Assembly (NCBI GenBank): GCA_964035545.1
Contig: OZ037767.1
Location: 30,024,628 to 30,088,627 of the forward strand
DNA from: Bugula neritina
Taxonomy: Eukaryota; Animalia; Bryozoa
Length of the DNA stretch: 64,000 nucleotides
Direction of reading: 5' to 3'
The notes under the pieces were generated by a model, which ran no database searches, had not been told where the DNA came from, and saw only the letters and a list, made by a program, of their open reading frames with translations. Positions within the stretch are counted from its first letter, which is position 1, and each line of letters opens with the position of its first letter. The position numbers were made by a program, and so were the translations under genes. Of this stretch, positions 1-20,500 are shown piece by piece.

Positions 1-2837
<2,837 letters not shown>

Positions 2838-4073
2838 GTGGCAACTTGTTTGGGAGAAAGTGTTGAAGCTTCTCCGCCAATCTTCCACTGCAATAATAGT
2901 TAGCAAATAGTGTCACTTTTTGTAAATATTCTGATCTCTATTTTGAAATAAGCATTTACTACACATATACATATAAAACAACATATATTTTTAAACCAGT
3001 TTAACTTGTTATCAGAGTCTTGTATTATATTTATATTTTATTTTGCATAAACTTATATCTAATCTTATAAAGTTCAAAATGAAGATAATCGCTCAATTCT
3101 GGTGTACAAAATTTTTTGTGAAGTTTGGTTGATTCTGTTTCATGCAAGAAATCTTAACGCTCATTAATTTATTTTTATAAATATTGTTTTTGGTCATTTT
3201 ATAACAAATAATATTGCAAGATTTTTTTGAACAAATGCCGTATTAAAATAAAATTGTCTATAAACTGTGATGAACATCTTGTTGTTGCAACTTTGGATAT
3301 ACTAAATAATAAACCCTCGAAAGCAATTAAACTATAAATGGTTCTTGTTTATTGCTGCCACTACAAAGCAGAATTTGAGATATATATCAAGCAGCTATAT
3401 GCTGACTATGAACTATGGATTACAATTGATACTTGCACTAGAATCTAGCAGTTGCCTTACTTATGTATACTACCATGTTGTATTTCAATACATATATCTA
3501 GAATTTTCTTCAGATTTCTACTTAAAATATATATTTTGTTTTGTTGCGTATTTAATGGGCAGATAACTTCTCATGCTGTTTGAATCAACACAATATAGTC
3601 AACACTTTAGAGTTGTGCAATCATTGTATTAGCCTGTGTGTTGTAGAATTGCCTTCATCAATGGTTTTACCAACTAACTTTACTAGAATATGATGGCACT
3701 CAGTCTGTGGCTATATGCTCTTATTGGTTATAACAATTCAGCCCTGAGTTTTTCAATGGAACAATTATGATTGGCATATTGTTCCTCAGTCTATATTATT
3801 TACTTCTATTCATAACAACCAGTATGATTAAACTCATTGATTTTTCATATAGTCATTACGCAATAATAGAAGAAGCTATACTTGCAGTACTGTAACTTAC
3901 TACTAGATCAACTAGCTTGCCAACTGTTAAAGACATTTCTTTAAAAGTAGACAGCTCTAGTAGCTGTTTACATTCAGGTGAGTATGTGTAGTCACTCTAA
4001 TAAACGTAACACAACTTTATCAGCTATCCCACTGTGTTGCTTGGTATGTTAAACGTACGTGTTTTGGTTTGGT

Positions 4074-4780
<707 letters not shown>

Positions 4781-4839
4781 AGTGTATTAATATTGATTAT
4801 AGACATCTAATTCTGTCTTATTTGTTGCAGGTTTGAAGG

Positions 4840-8033
<3,194 letters not shown>

Positions 8034-10150
8034 AAAGTGCAAGACTTGTTTCGTCAAAGGAATATGTGATTCCTCACTCCTTGTTTATTAAGTTTAACTT
8101 GAGTTTTGGTAGTCTATTGTACCATACCTTTCTTTTAGCTTCAAATACAGTACCTGGTAAATTATTAATGCACAATTAATATTATAAATTATTTTTTGAT
8201 GCTGAAATTAACCATTTTATTAATTAACAACTTTTATATCAAGAAAAACTAAATTTTGTATTAGTATAGTTTTGTATTGTCATCAGATCGTATATTATAG
8301 TCCCAAAACCATGATATCACATTTTGGCGGTAGAAAATGTTTTGTTCAGTCAGTTAAACAAATATCATACTTTGTATACTAACCATATAGGGGTTATCTA
8401 ATCTACCAAAAATATGATGAATTGCTCAGTTTCGTATGTATTTAAAATGTTTCACTTTAGCAAGCATAACATAATATTATGCTTATACACTCAACAATAG
8501 CGTAAAAAGTAATTATAATGGTACCTCATTTTGTTGGCTAAAGTAATATCTTTTACTTACTATTAATTTGATTTTAAAAAAGTATGATTTTCCGATGTTT
8601 TTGTTGAAATGTATATGCTTTTTTTATTTGTGCAATTATATTTATGTTTTTAAAACTTTAATTATAAATCACTGTTTTATATAATGTACATTTTTGATAC
8701 AAAAGTAAACATACTACCTAAATGTCTCAAATATATGCCTGAAAGAGTCAATTGAAAGCTTTTCAGCATTTATCAAGCTCACATCTTATTAGCTTATAGA
8801 AGATGTAACCATGTTCACCTGGCATATCTATTTCATATTGATTGATTGACATAATGCTGGTAGCAAATGGTGTGTATAAACAATGAAGCCTGCATCTGCC
8901 TTGCAAACTAACCTGCTTTGTGGCCCAAAGGCATACATCAACCTAATAGACATACAGCTACATATCATATATTATATTATATTTATATTACCTACATAAT
9001 ATGCTCTATGTATTACATATAAATGTATATAGCTGTTATATTTTAAATGAGCATATATTGGTGTAGCTAGCTGGCTGGTGACTTTGTCTAAGGTCAGAGT
9101 GATGAATAAACTATGTAGAATGGTACATACTAGGTGAATGCCTTTCTTAAAATCAATGCATGTCTTATAAGCCATAAGCTGAATGTATGACAGGACAGAA
9201 AGTTAGCTAAAAGTTCAATAGTCAGCAACTGTTAGGAATACAAGCTACATCTACACACTGGTCCACAGGCTATATTCAGCAAACAAAGGCAGCATAGTTT
9301 ACTGAGCTGATGTATTGTTAGAATTACAAAACAAATAGAAATTCAAAGGAAGTCAGCAGCTTAGCTCCATTCAGCTTGTATTGATCATTTATTCAATAAT
9401 ATACCTTTTTACTAGCAACAGGATGAGAGGTCAATGAAATTGCACAAGCAAAGTTTAGACGTCAAGCATGTATGAGTTTAACATAACTAACTCATATGAA
9501 ATTAGTAAGTGGAGAACAGAAACTGGCCTCAGGTGAGTAATTGTTGAATTACTTGCAGTCTGGTCACTTTGAACTAGTTATTTATATCTACAAATGAATG
9601 GTATGATTGGCATATTTCTTGCTTACATATTTTAAAATACCATATTCTAAAACTGTTCAAACACTGATAATAAACTAAGGTCCCATGAAAACTTGCTTCA
9701 TCAAATATTCATTAAAGTAGCAAAACTACTTTTATGTGATACTACATAATTATCACAACCAGTTTGTGTCAATGAAAACTTTTATCTTAACTTGTTCCTT
9801 GACTAGTTTGCAAATTTCTTTATGAGCTTTTCAATTTCTGCATTCATGAAATATTAAATACCAATTCTAGATAAGATTAGAACATTGCTTAACAGTTTGA
9901 ATGTTATTATTAGCTGAATATGTTTGATTATAAAAGATCGTAATTGTTTCTAAGACAAGCATAGCTGCATAAAATGCATGGCTAGTACACAAAAGGCTGC
10001 CTGTTGTTTAGTAGTAGTATTATTCACATTACAGCATTGAAAACCAATATTTTACCTTTTAACTGATGTGATCTTGCGTATGAATGAAAAACAACTAAAA
10101 AGGTTAATAATCTTTAAAGGTGATACAAGTTGACCCATTGAAGAAACAAG

Positions 10151-11896
10151 ATGGCTGAAGCACAAGAATCTGCGCCCAGGGACCCTATGGGTATGACATT
10201 ATACAGCCCATATTCTCAGTATATATCTATCAGCATGTAGAGATTATTTGCAAGCAGCCCCCCCCCCCCCAGTTGAGTGCAAAGTTCCTACCTTGACCTC
10301 AATTCTAAAATTTAGATCCTCAAACTACTGTACCTAGTCATCTCCAACTGCTAACAAAAAAGTTCTAGCATGTATGCCTGATGACATATCATTTTAAATG
10401 AAAATAATTGAAATAAGACTTTATACCGCTGTTACCATGAGCATATAACGTAAGTGAAGAAAAATTAATGCATAAGCCAAGGAGTTGATTGAATTCTAAA
10501 CTTTGTAGCTACATCAATATTGCGCTGTTTTAGCACCACCTTCTTACAATGAGCTGTTTGGGCCGAAAACACAAGAAGACAAAACAGAAGAGGAGGTAAA
10601 CACTGACACGCCCCCACAGCTACCACCATTTTCAGAGGATAGCATATCTATTTCTATAGACATCGTGCAGTCACGGGCAACAGCACCTCCACCAGATGAC
10701 TCTTCTGAACCTTTCAAATGTCCGAGAGTGAAATGCTGTGCTCGTCCAAAGCTGCAACTTCCCAAATGTCCGAGCAGATGCTCTACTCCCTCAAACTGTC
10801 TGCGGTCAAGCTGTAGATGCTGTGACTCAAATGAGTGTAAGTGCTTCAACATTACTCAAATAAGTTGCTACTCTGTCTGTCTGTCTGTCTGTCTGTCTAT
10901 AAGGGCAAAACAAGAGTTACATGCAGGTGATTAGAAAACAGCCTTGTGAGTCTAATCAAACTGAATATAACTTTCTCACACTCACTTTTGTTTGTGTAAG
11001 ATAAAAAACTGATTTTAGCTTTGGATTTGCTTTCTTTTTAAAAATATGATCAAGTTTTCCCATAGACTGCAGAGTTGCTCTCTTGATAGGAATATGATTG
11101 TGTAATCTGGTTGACTATAGGCTTTTTTAAATTAAGCCATGTTAGTCTCATTGAGAGCTTTCAAGTACAATAAAGCATAATTCTTTAAGCCAAGCAGAAA
11201 CAATTGTGACTAGAGAGCCTTTCTGACATCAAAAATGATTTTTGTACTTAGAGTATGACGTAATAGTTTATTATATTATATAGACATGTCAGGAAAAGCA
11301 CTCTAATTTACATGCAAGGCATTATTATAGCTGTAAATATTCAAAAAGTTGTAGTTGTGAATGAAGCGCCCTGCAACTTTTTGTTACTCAAATAAAATGA
11401 CAATAGATAGCAACAAGTTAGAAAAATAATTATCAGTTTATTACAAAAAAGATACAAGATAACTATTTTCTTTTTCTCCAAATGTGTTAGATACTTAACC
11501 AAACTGTTACATGTACTACCAGCCTTGCTAAGTGTTGCTGAAATATTATATAATGGTGAGCTGATTTCATTGTAGCCTGTAGTCTAGCCCGATTGACATA
11601 TGTGGTTGGCGTTTGCTTGTGCATAGCCAATACAAGTGTTGGTGAGTATAAATAAACTCTCCCCAAGTATAGTGTATCTGAGAAAATAGTTCAAATTAGA
11701 GAGTGAGGGATGGAAGGTGAAGAGCCTGAGAGGCATGGTGCATGTATTTAAGTACATGTTGTGTAATTTGCATAAAGATTACAAACTGTTCAAAAATTTA
11801 CCTGATACTGAATATTTTCTCGTGAGAAGGCTTACCTTAAAACTTTCACGTATAAATATGTGCATGTTTATGTATATGCACATGTATATATATATA

Positions 11897-11960
<64 letters not shown>

Positions 11961-13202
11961 TGTGCATGTGTATGTATATGTATATGTGCACCTATATATA
12001 CATGTATATGTACATGTATAATGCATTGCTTATTTTAGGAAGAATATATAGCAATTGTATAGACTACTCATCCTCAGCCCAGTCGCTACTGACGATTGGC
12101 GTACTAGGATTTATTTATCTAGCACTTGGCGTGTTTAGACGAATTCGACGGTGGGGAGGACATGATGAAGACAAAGTTTCGAAAGTGTTGTGGAGAATAG
12201 TTGGACCTTGCATAATCTTGGCAGCATTCTACTATGGTGAGTTTCTCTTAAGTTTGTTTGCTGTGTTTGGTTTAACGTAAATTTTTTCTGAGATCTTTCA
12301 AACTTGTGGTTATTAGTCAAAACTTGCACGAGTAAGAGTGATAGTTGGAAAAAGAATTTCAGTTCACTTCACGATCATTATCAAGAGAACATAAATTGAA
12401 CTGAAACTAACATCTGGCTCATGTAAAAGTTGCTGCAGTATTACATTATGAGAATCAAGTTCTCATTCTATTAATCCAGAGCTTTGTGTTTGCATTTCTA
12501 TCCGATAGGGTTGAGTTATAAGTCCCCAAAAAAGCAAATTTAACACTTTCCTCAACAGAAACACAGAATTCCCTTGATTTAGTCATGAAGCAAAATTTTG
12601 CTTCTTTTCACTTTGCTAAATCTTTTTAATTTCTTAAATACTGTATAAAATATAATAATTTATGTTTATAGGCGCATTTTCCTTCTATGCATGGTGGACG
12701 TTTAGAAGTTGTGAGCCCTTTGCATTTTCATGTACCTGCGGGAATACTCTGTTAATATATTCAATGATATTTTACTCTATTTGCATCGTTGTGGCTGTCC
12801 CAATTTCACTCTTTATTATATACACTATCTGCAAGAAAGTTCTCAGCTTTTGCAAAGAGGTTAGTTGTTGGTATTTGTGCTAAGTAACATGTTTGGAGTG
12901 TACTATTACTCAATAAGGTACTTGAAAGTACAAAGTCACAAATTAAGTGTAGAACTTGTATTCACATTTTTAGCTCGAATCTCAGCCATCATTCAGTAAA
13001 GTTTAAGCTGCTAGGAATTAAGTATTAATTTTTTGAAGTTTCGATCATATTTTCATTAATTTTATTATAATAGATATGCCACATGTTTTGGGAGGTAAAA
13101 GGTCTCATTCTCACTGTATTTTGAGCTTTAAATAAATAGCCTACTTTTTCATCTTTAACTACTACTACTTTGTTTGTTTATTTATTGTAGATCTGCTGCT
13201 AG
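10151..13202 (+). CDS. TMEM272-like 4-TM membrane protein, paralog C, 268 aa; exons 10151-10190, 10534-10836, 11576-11641, 12039-12236, 12672-12859, 13191-13202
   Basis: Exons sum to 807 nt in frame: MAEAQES...APPSYNELFG...Cys-rich linker...LTYVVGVCLCIANTSVGRIYSNC...WWTFRSCEPFAFSCTCGNTLLIYSMIFY...FCKEICC*. Intron phases 1,1,1,1,0, as in B. Confidence 0.76.
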
Positions 13203-13778
13203 GTAGTGACTTAAACTCGAGTCTATAGCATTGCGACATGAGTCTTCAGGACAGGGAAAACCTTAAAAGTAACAATATTTTGGGCTTAAAATATTATTGT
13301 TATTTCAACTTTTTTTATAACCAGTGACTATGCATTTTAATTATTTTTTAAAATCTTTTTGGTGTCGAAATTTAATTAGTATTTTTTGTAAGTAAAATAT
13401 ATTGTATAGCATTACTATTTCAACACAACTTAATGAAAAAGGCAGAAACGTCGGCCATATTAAGCCTGAGTTACCCTAAGTTGATCAAGTTAACGAAGTC
13501 AGCTATTGTTGCAAATACAGCTTTTTACTTCGAAATATTGCAGGATTTCTTTTATCAAGATAACAAGGACAACTTCCAACATATTTAAACAAACAGCCCA
13601 CCGAATTGTACAAGCATATTTTTATTATCATCTGTAAGGGGTATAATTTAAAATATAATAATTATGTTATATACAAAATGCATCGTATCATAGATTATAA
13701 ATGAAAAGCAACAATAAATTACAATTTCACTAGTCAAAGGTTTTCCAACTATCCGCAGTAACTTCTAACTTTATCCAA

Positions 13779-14479
13779 TTACGGAGTGTTCAAGAAAATG
13801 TCAGGAAAGATAACTCTAAACACATTGTCGTATGTAGATGCAAAATGCACTTCCAGGTCCTCTTTGATTTTGGTGTCGAGTTCATCAAAGTCTGTTTTGT
13901 TCTCCTCTGGCAGTACGATACAAGAGATTCCGGCTCGCTTGGCCTACAGGAAGTAACACAAGCTCGCTAACTACAGAGTAATAAGGTATACCAAGAGGAG
14001 ATAACTCTGTGGACATGCAATAACAGCTCATATTACTGCATCACCTTTGTACATGAAACTTGAAACTACTTTAGCACTGCTGAGGTTTGTTAAAATACAA
14101 AATATGGCCTCAAAACTGATGAAATGATTTCGACGAATAAATGATATAGTCTATACGAGGATGACCATAGAAGGAAATGAGTTGGACTGAGCACAGAACT
14201 TACAGCTATGACTTTCTCTTTAATACCTCCAACAGGCAAGACTTTACCAGTGAGAGACAACTCCCCAGTCATTGCTACATTGTGTCTGATTGGCTGATTC
14301 AAGGCAAGAGAGAGTAGAGCAGATACTATAGTACAGCCAGCACTGGGTCCGTCTTTTGGTGTGGCACCCTGCAAAGAGTTATAGTAGTGGTAGTAGCGGT
14401 AGTGGTAGCGGTAGTGGTAGCAGTAGTAGTAAGTGCAGTAGTAGTAAGTGCAGTAGTAGTAAGTGTAGTAGTAGTAAGT

Positions 14480-14572
<93 letters not shown>

Positions 14573-17500
14573 GTAGTAGCAGCAGCAGCAGCAGCAGTAG
14601 TAGCAGTAGAATCACCTCAGGTACGTGCAGGTGGAGATGACCATCTTGCAGTGTGTGGTTATCCTTCTGCACTCTGGAGAGGAAGGACTTGGCGTAGGTA
14701 AGTGCAATGTGGGTAGATTCCTTCATAACATCTCCCAGATTCCCTGTCACCTACAGTAACGCAGTTACACACATATATTTACATGTGACCATGGCAATTC
14801 CTCTCTCATATGCCATGCAGCTGGAACTCTCAAAAGTCAACTCTAAGTTTTATATAATTGAAAATTTTGAGGTTCAATGAAGCTTATCAGAATAAAAATA
14901 AATTATATGACATGGGAAGGCAAATGGTAAAAATGAATACAACATTTCAGGTTAAATGTTCCTGAATGATGTACCTATTTGATACATTGTAGCTTTCCTG
15001 TCTAATAAATCATAATTGCACAATTTATACAAAACATGTTGATTAGAACCGGCTAGTCTCAAGCTTTCCAATGATATAATAAAATGAGCTTTAGGAGCTT
15101 CAAATTGCTGAAAAATGGTGTCCGAATGAAAAGCTGTTGAAACTAGATTGCATGAGTATTTTTGTATCACTGTTTAGCTTTTTTACCTGCATGAAGGGAG
15201 TGAATATACAATGTACATTTTACCTGCACTGAAGGAGTACACAATGTATATTTCACCTGAGCTGAAGAAGTATACAATGTATGTTTTACCTGCAAGGAGC
15301 CCTTCTCAGACTCTCTGTCTGTGCCGTCAGACAGAACTTGGTTCTTCAGACTGGTTTCTATGTAGAGAGTGGATCCACCTGCAATACAGACACAACACTA
15401 AACTGTTCAGGTGCACTTGCATGTTTATTAATAGCAGTATAGGTAAGGTAAGGTAGCAATTGGGTTTCACTATCTGCATATATAGAAATACCTGACAAGT
15501 CAACTTGTAGCCTAAACTGTAGGCACCAGAGCAGCTTACTGAGAAACAAGCTTTACAGATACTTGCACTGTGATATAACATTATTATCTATAAACTTTGC
15601 TTAGAAGGTCTTCCAATATTATGAGGGTGAATGTTTATAACAGGATTATACTTTAGAAAGAAGACATTGTCAAATTAATTGCACTAACTATAAGCACACA
15701 ACATTAGACTGTGTGTAGAAATGTGTAGAAGTGTACAAAATGTATACAGAAGTGTATAATGTAGAAGAGTATAGGCATATGTTACACACCCATAGAGGTC
15801 CAGGCGAGTCCGCACACGACACCAGGGGGCGTTACGTCGTACAACCTGTCTCTGATGAACACAGGTTTGCCGACAAAGTCTGTGAGATTAGACTCCGTGA
15901 CGTGCACTTTGTCTCCGGATTCATCTACTATCTTGAAGGCGGCTTTGCGATAAATCTACGTACAGGTACGTGTAATATAATATCTACGTACAGGTACGTG
16001 TAATATAATATCTACATACAGGTAAGTGTAATATAATATCTACGTACAGGTAAGTGTAATATAATATCTACGTACAGGTACGTGTAATATAATATCTACG
16101 TACAGGTACGTGTAATATAATATCTACATACAGGTAAGTGTAATATAATATCTACGTACAGGTAAGTGTAATATAATATCTACGTACAGGTACGTGTAGT
16201 ATAATATCTACGTACAGGTACGTGTAATATAATATCTACGTACAGGTACGTGTAGTATAATATCTACGTACAGGTACGTGTAATATAATATCTACGTACA
16301 GGTATGCGACTATGTGTAAGGGAAGACAACTTACTTTCTCGATTTGCTTTTGAAGATTCCGGACTCCACTTTCTCTGCAGTAGGCGCGAATCAGTCTCCG
16401 TAGAGCAACATCCTCTAAATCTACTTTGTTCTCCATACCACTTGACTGTGCTATGTTCTTCACCAGATGGCGCTGTGGAGGTCAATATGTTTGTGAGAGA
16501 AGTGATCATCATTACTAATACACTGCATGCCAGTGTCAACATACCAGAGTATGTAGTAGTAAAGCGTTGAAATTTTTATCAAGTAATTTTTTTATTTAAA
16601 ATATTTTGAAGTGTATTAGTCAATGTAATGCGTATTTAATAAAGATTTTAGCTTTCTGCAATTGCTGGAGTTTCGTCACATCATATCAATCACTGGATAA
16701 GTAAGTATATTAAGTAAGTATAGTAAGTATGTATAATGATTGCGATACTAACAGAGGCGATATTCATCTTCTCATCCTCAATATAGCCTGAAATCTCAAT
16801 CATTTCCATTCTATCCCTTAACGGGTCGGGTATCTGGTCTATCACATTAGCTGTGCATATGAACAGCACCTGCAACACAAGTCATATTAACCAACACAGA
16901 TTGATCTACTAGTGACAGGACTTGCAAGTGCCCTGTCACTTGACACTGGGTGTATTGGTAGCAGACTTAGTCACATGGCATCTATCAACATAGTTTATCG
17001 CATATTATATTTAAATACAATCTACAATGTAGGAAGATGAAAATGTATAAAAAGGTATCATTTATCCTCATATAACGCATCCGCAGGCTATTTTCGTCCT
17101 TCTATAGTAAAAAATTTAGTTCATAAATACCCATATTTATATAATAGTTTCTAGAATATACTATATAGAATACATTCTACATTCTCTATAAATTCCCGAA
17201 TACATTATATAGATCATAGACTTAAAGATGATATACAATCAGACAGAGTAATTCACACAGACTATGTATAAAGCAGAACCGTAGACAGATGTTCACAACA
17301 CCCAGTCATGTTGAGTGAGAGACTCTACCTTGCTCAGGTCTAGAGGTATGTCTAAATAGTGGTCCAGGAAGTTTGTATTCTGCTCAGGGTCCAGCAGCTC
17401 CAGCAGTGCCGAGGCGGGGTCCCCTTGGTACCCCCTCCCTAATTTGTCAACCTAAAGTATTCCAAACACCAAAACACATATATATTACTATAAATAGAAA

Positions 17501-20500
17501 TTACTGTAATATTATAGAGAATAGAACTGCATGGCATAAGTTTTGTATAGTCATTATAATACGGGGCGGTAGCCAACCCACCTCATCTATTAGAATGAGA
17601 GGGTTCTCAGTCTTGGTTTTCTTCAGACACTGAAGTATCTTGCCAGGCATAGCACCAACATAGGTCCTTCTATGACCTGCGAATACAAGGTCAGCAGTGA
17701 GTCGGCTAACCCCAACAGAGCATGCTCTCTCTCTTCAGCGTGAGAAAGGATCTTGTTTAGCACAATGTCAGAGTATAATAGACACAGTTACACCACAGCA
17801 TGTTATGTAGGTAAGACTCTCCACACAAATACAATTCTTTATTGGAGGTGTCATACATTACTCTAACATGGGAGTTGTCATATATTACCTTTAACATGGG
17901 AGTTGTCATACACTACCTCTAACATGGGAGTTGTCATACACTACCTCTAACATGGGAGTTGTCATACACTACCTTTAACATGAGAGTTGTCATACACTAC
18001 TTTTACCATAGGAGGGAAGAACAAACTGCCACACAAATAATCTCTAAAGTTTCTATGCTATTTTTATAAATACCTTTGATTTCCGCGACGTCTGTCATCC
18101 CCCCAACGCTGAACCTGAAGTACTGTCTGTCCAGAGCTCTGGCTATGGACTTGGCAATAGAAGTTTTACCAGTGCCAGGTGGGCCGTGGAAACAGAGTAT
18201 CTTCCCCTGAGTGTGTCCCTTCAACTTGCTCACAGCTATAAACTCCTACAGTGTATGACTTAACAGTAATACATGTGAATACCACCACCATTCTGACAGC
18301 CAGTAACATTGCAAGAATATACAGTATATTAACAAGTCACTACGACTTGACTTTTGAAACAAGCCATAGAGACTTGACTTGTGAAACAAGTTACACAAAC
18401 TTAAGTTCGGAAACAAGTCACAGTGACCAAGTTTGATCTCAAATATTGTAGCCTGTGCTCATACATTAGAGTATCAGATTGCGGAGGCCCACAGTATTTA
18501 CTTCAAGGCATTGATAGAACTTATCATGACATTTAAATACTTGTATAATAAATAGTTGAATATACTTCTGCAGTATTCTTTAGTTCAAACTGACTTTATT
18601 TACAATCTGTGGCTCAACCTATTACATACATTGTTATGAACTTTGGCAAGCTTATGTTTATTTTTTACAATAAAGCAATTTTTAATTATTCCATGAGTTC
18701 AAAAGCATGTTTAGTAGGGGCCATAAAATCAACCACAGATTTTACTGAAATATACAGCTAAGTATTTCACTAATGAAAACAATGTTGACACTGTCAGTTA
18801 TGTGAGAATTTAAAAAAAGAAGCTACATCACAGACAGAATTTCATTGTCAAAAAGAAACCACCATTACATTGGTTTATCAAAAACTAGCATCTTTGTTTA
18901 GAAATTTAGTATAGCAATGGCAAATTATCCTGGGTTGTCTCCCCATTTCTTTATGCCCTGCGGCACATGGCAGGTAAAAGGCAACTTGATATTTATCAGT
19001 TAGTTTCTCTTAGAATCTGAATGTCACTGAATGTTATATTGAGTTTTGATAAATATTGTTCCAACCTTAGGATTGGTAGCTACACAAACTTGAGTCATCT
19101 GATTACAATATCTAATGATACTCTAAGTTTATGACAATATCTCATGATTCAGCTGCAAAAGGTGCTGCCAAACAGACTGTGACAACAAAATTATTTGAAT
19201 ATTTAAATTTCATTTTTCTAATGGTGTAGAGCGTTACTTATTAGGAAAATATAAATCAAGACAAATTATTTAAAAATGAATAACAGGTGAAAGGTTGGCT
19301 TGGTTGTGTATGTGTTGGTTTGGTGAGAGTCCTGTGTTAGATCAGCCAGTATCAGTTTCTCTTTGTTTGTCACACAAGTTATGTTGAACATACGACTAGA
19401 TTGAGTAAGAGAACATGTCATGGACGGTGCTGACGGCTGATGCACTGCAGAAATATTACGACAGCCACCGAAACTACTCACCTTACCACGGCAGCCCACA
19501 AGCTCCATTGGTGTATAGTTACAATACTAAGGTACTTAGCTGTAAAACCTGTATCTAGATATTCAACTCTCATTCGACTTTGGTTTAACATCTTGTTGTA
19601 GTGAGCAGAAGACGGGCAACATCATGATCTGAAAATTTGTGCGACAAAAATCCCCAACTGTGTGGAATGTATTACACTACACTGCCATCCACAACAACCA
19701 CAATCATTTGTTTTACAGGCAAATCCCTGGGACACGAATCCACCTCTAGGGACAACTCCTAACATAGTGTGGCCTCAGAATCAGAATCCCTTCCAGTACC
19801 AAGGAGGTACGGCACCGTGGCCGCACAGCAATCCGGAATCTTTAGTACCTGAGTATATGCCAATTCAGGGGATACCAGGAAATCATATGACCAATCAGCC
19901 GAGAGCGGGAATGGTGTTCCCTAACAGCTGTAATCCTACGGCAGAGGCTAACAGGGGTTCAAATCGAAATAATTCCAACCAAAAGAAACAGACTAGTAAC
20001 ATGTTTGTCTGTCCGTGCTGCGGTAACTTAGCAACCAAACAGAATAAGGCAGCAGGTACTTCCAATACTTGAGGGTACCGCTTCCAAGGTTGTTTATCTG
20101 TAGTCGAGGATTTTAAAATTCCTTGACTGAAAATCAATTGGAAGGTTTAAAATGTGTTTCTTATAACGAGCCGTGTTTATTAATTTTTACAGGAAACAGT
20201 TTGACTGACACAAGCAGTGACCTGAGTTCTACAATCAACAGGAGCAGCAGTAGTAACACCTGCAGTAGTAACACCTGCAGTAGTAACAGTAGAGCCTATC
20301 AACACACACAACCTTCAAACTCAGCCAATAGACAAGCAGCTAACATCAACCAAAACGCACAGTACACAGGTAACCAACGACCTTCACCTACCAAGTTTAG
20401 CAGCCCATGTTGAACGTGTGCGTAAAGATGCTAATATGTGCTCAGCGTAGGTTTCTGGCTGTTGATTTGGAACTTGAAATTAGAAGACAGCAGTTGGGCC

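Noticed and set aside
14356-14701. Poly-Ser and poly-Val ORFs (+) and the poly-Leu tail (-)
   Set aside because: They are reading frames through the intronic (AGT)n repeat; only 14616-14750 on the - strand is LONP1 exon.
14785-14798. X-box-like GTGACCATGGCAAT in a LONP1 intron
   Set aside because: Several mismatches to consensus including the terminal C, in a non-ciliary gene; plausible by chance.
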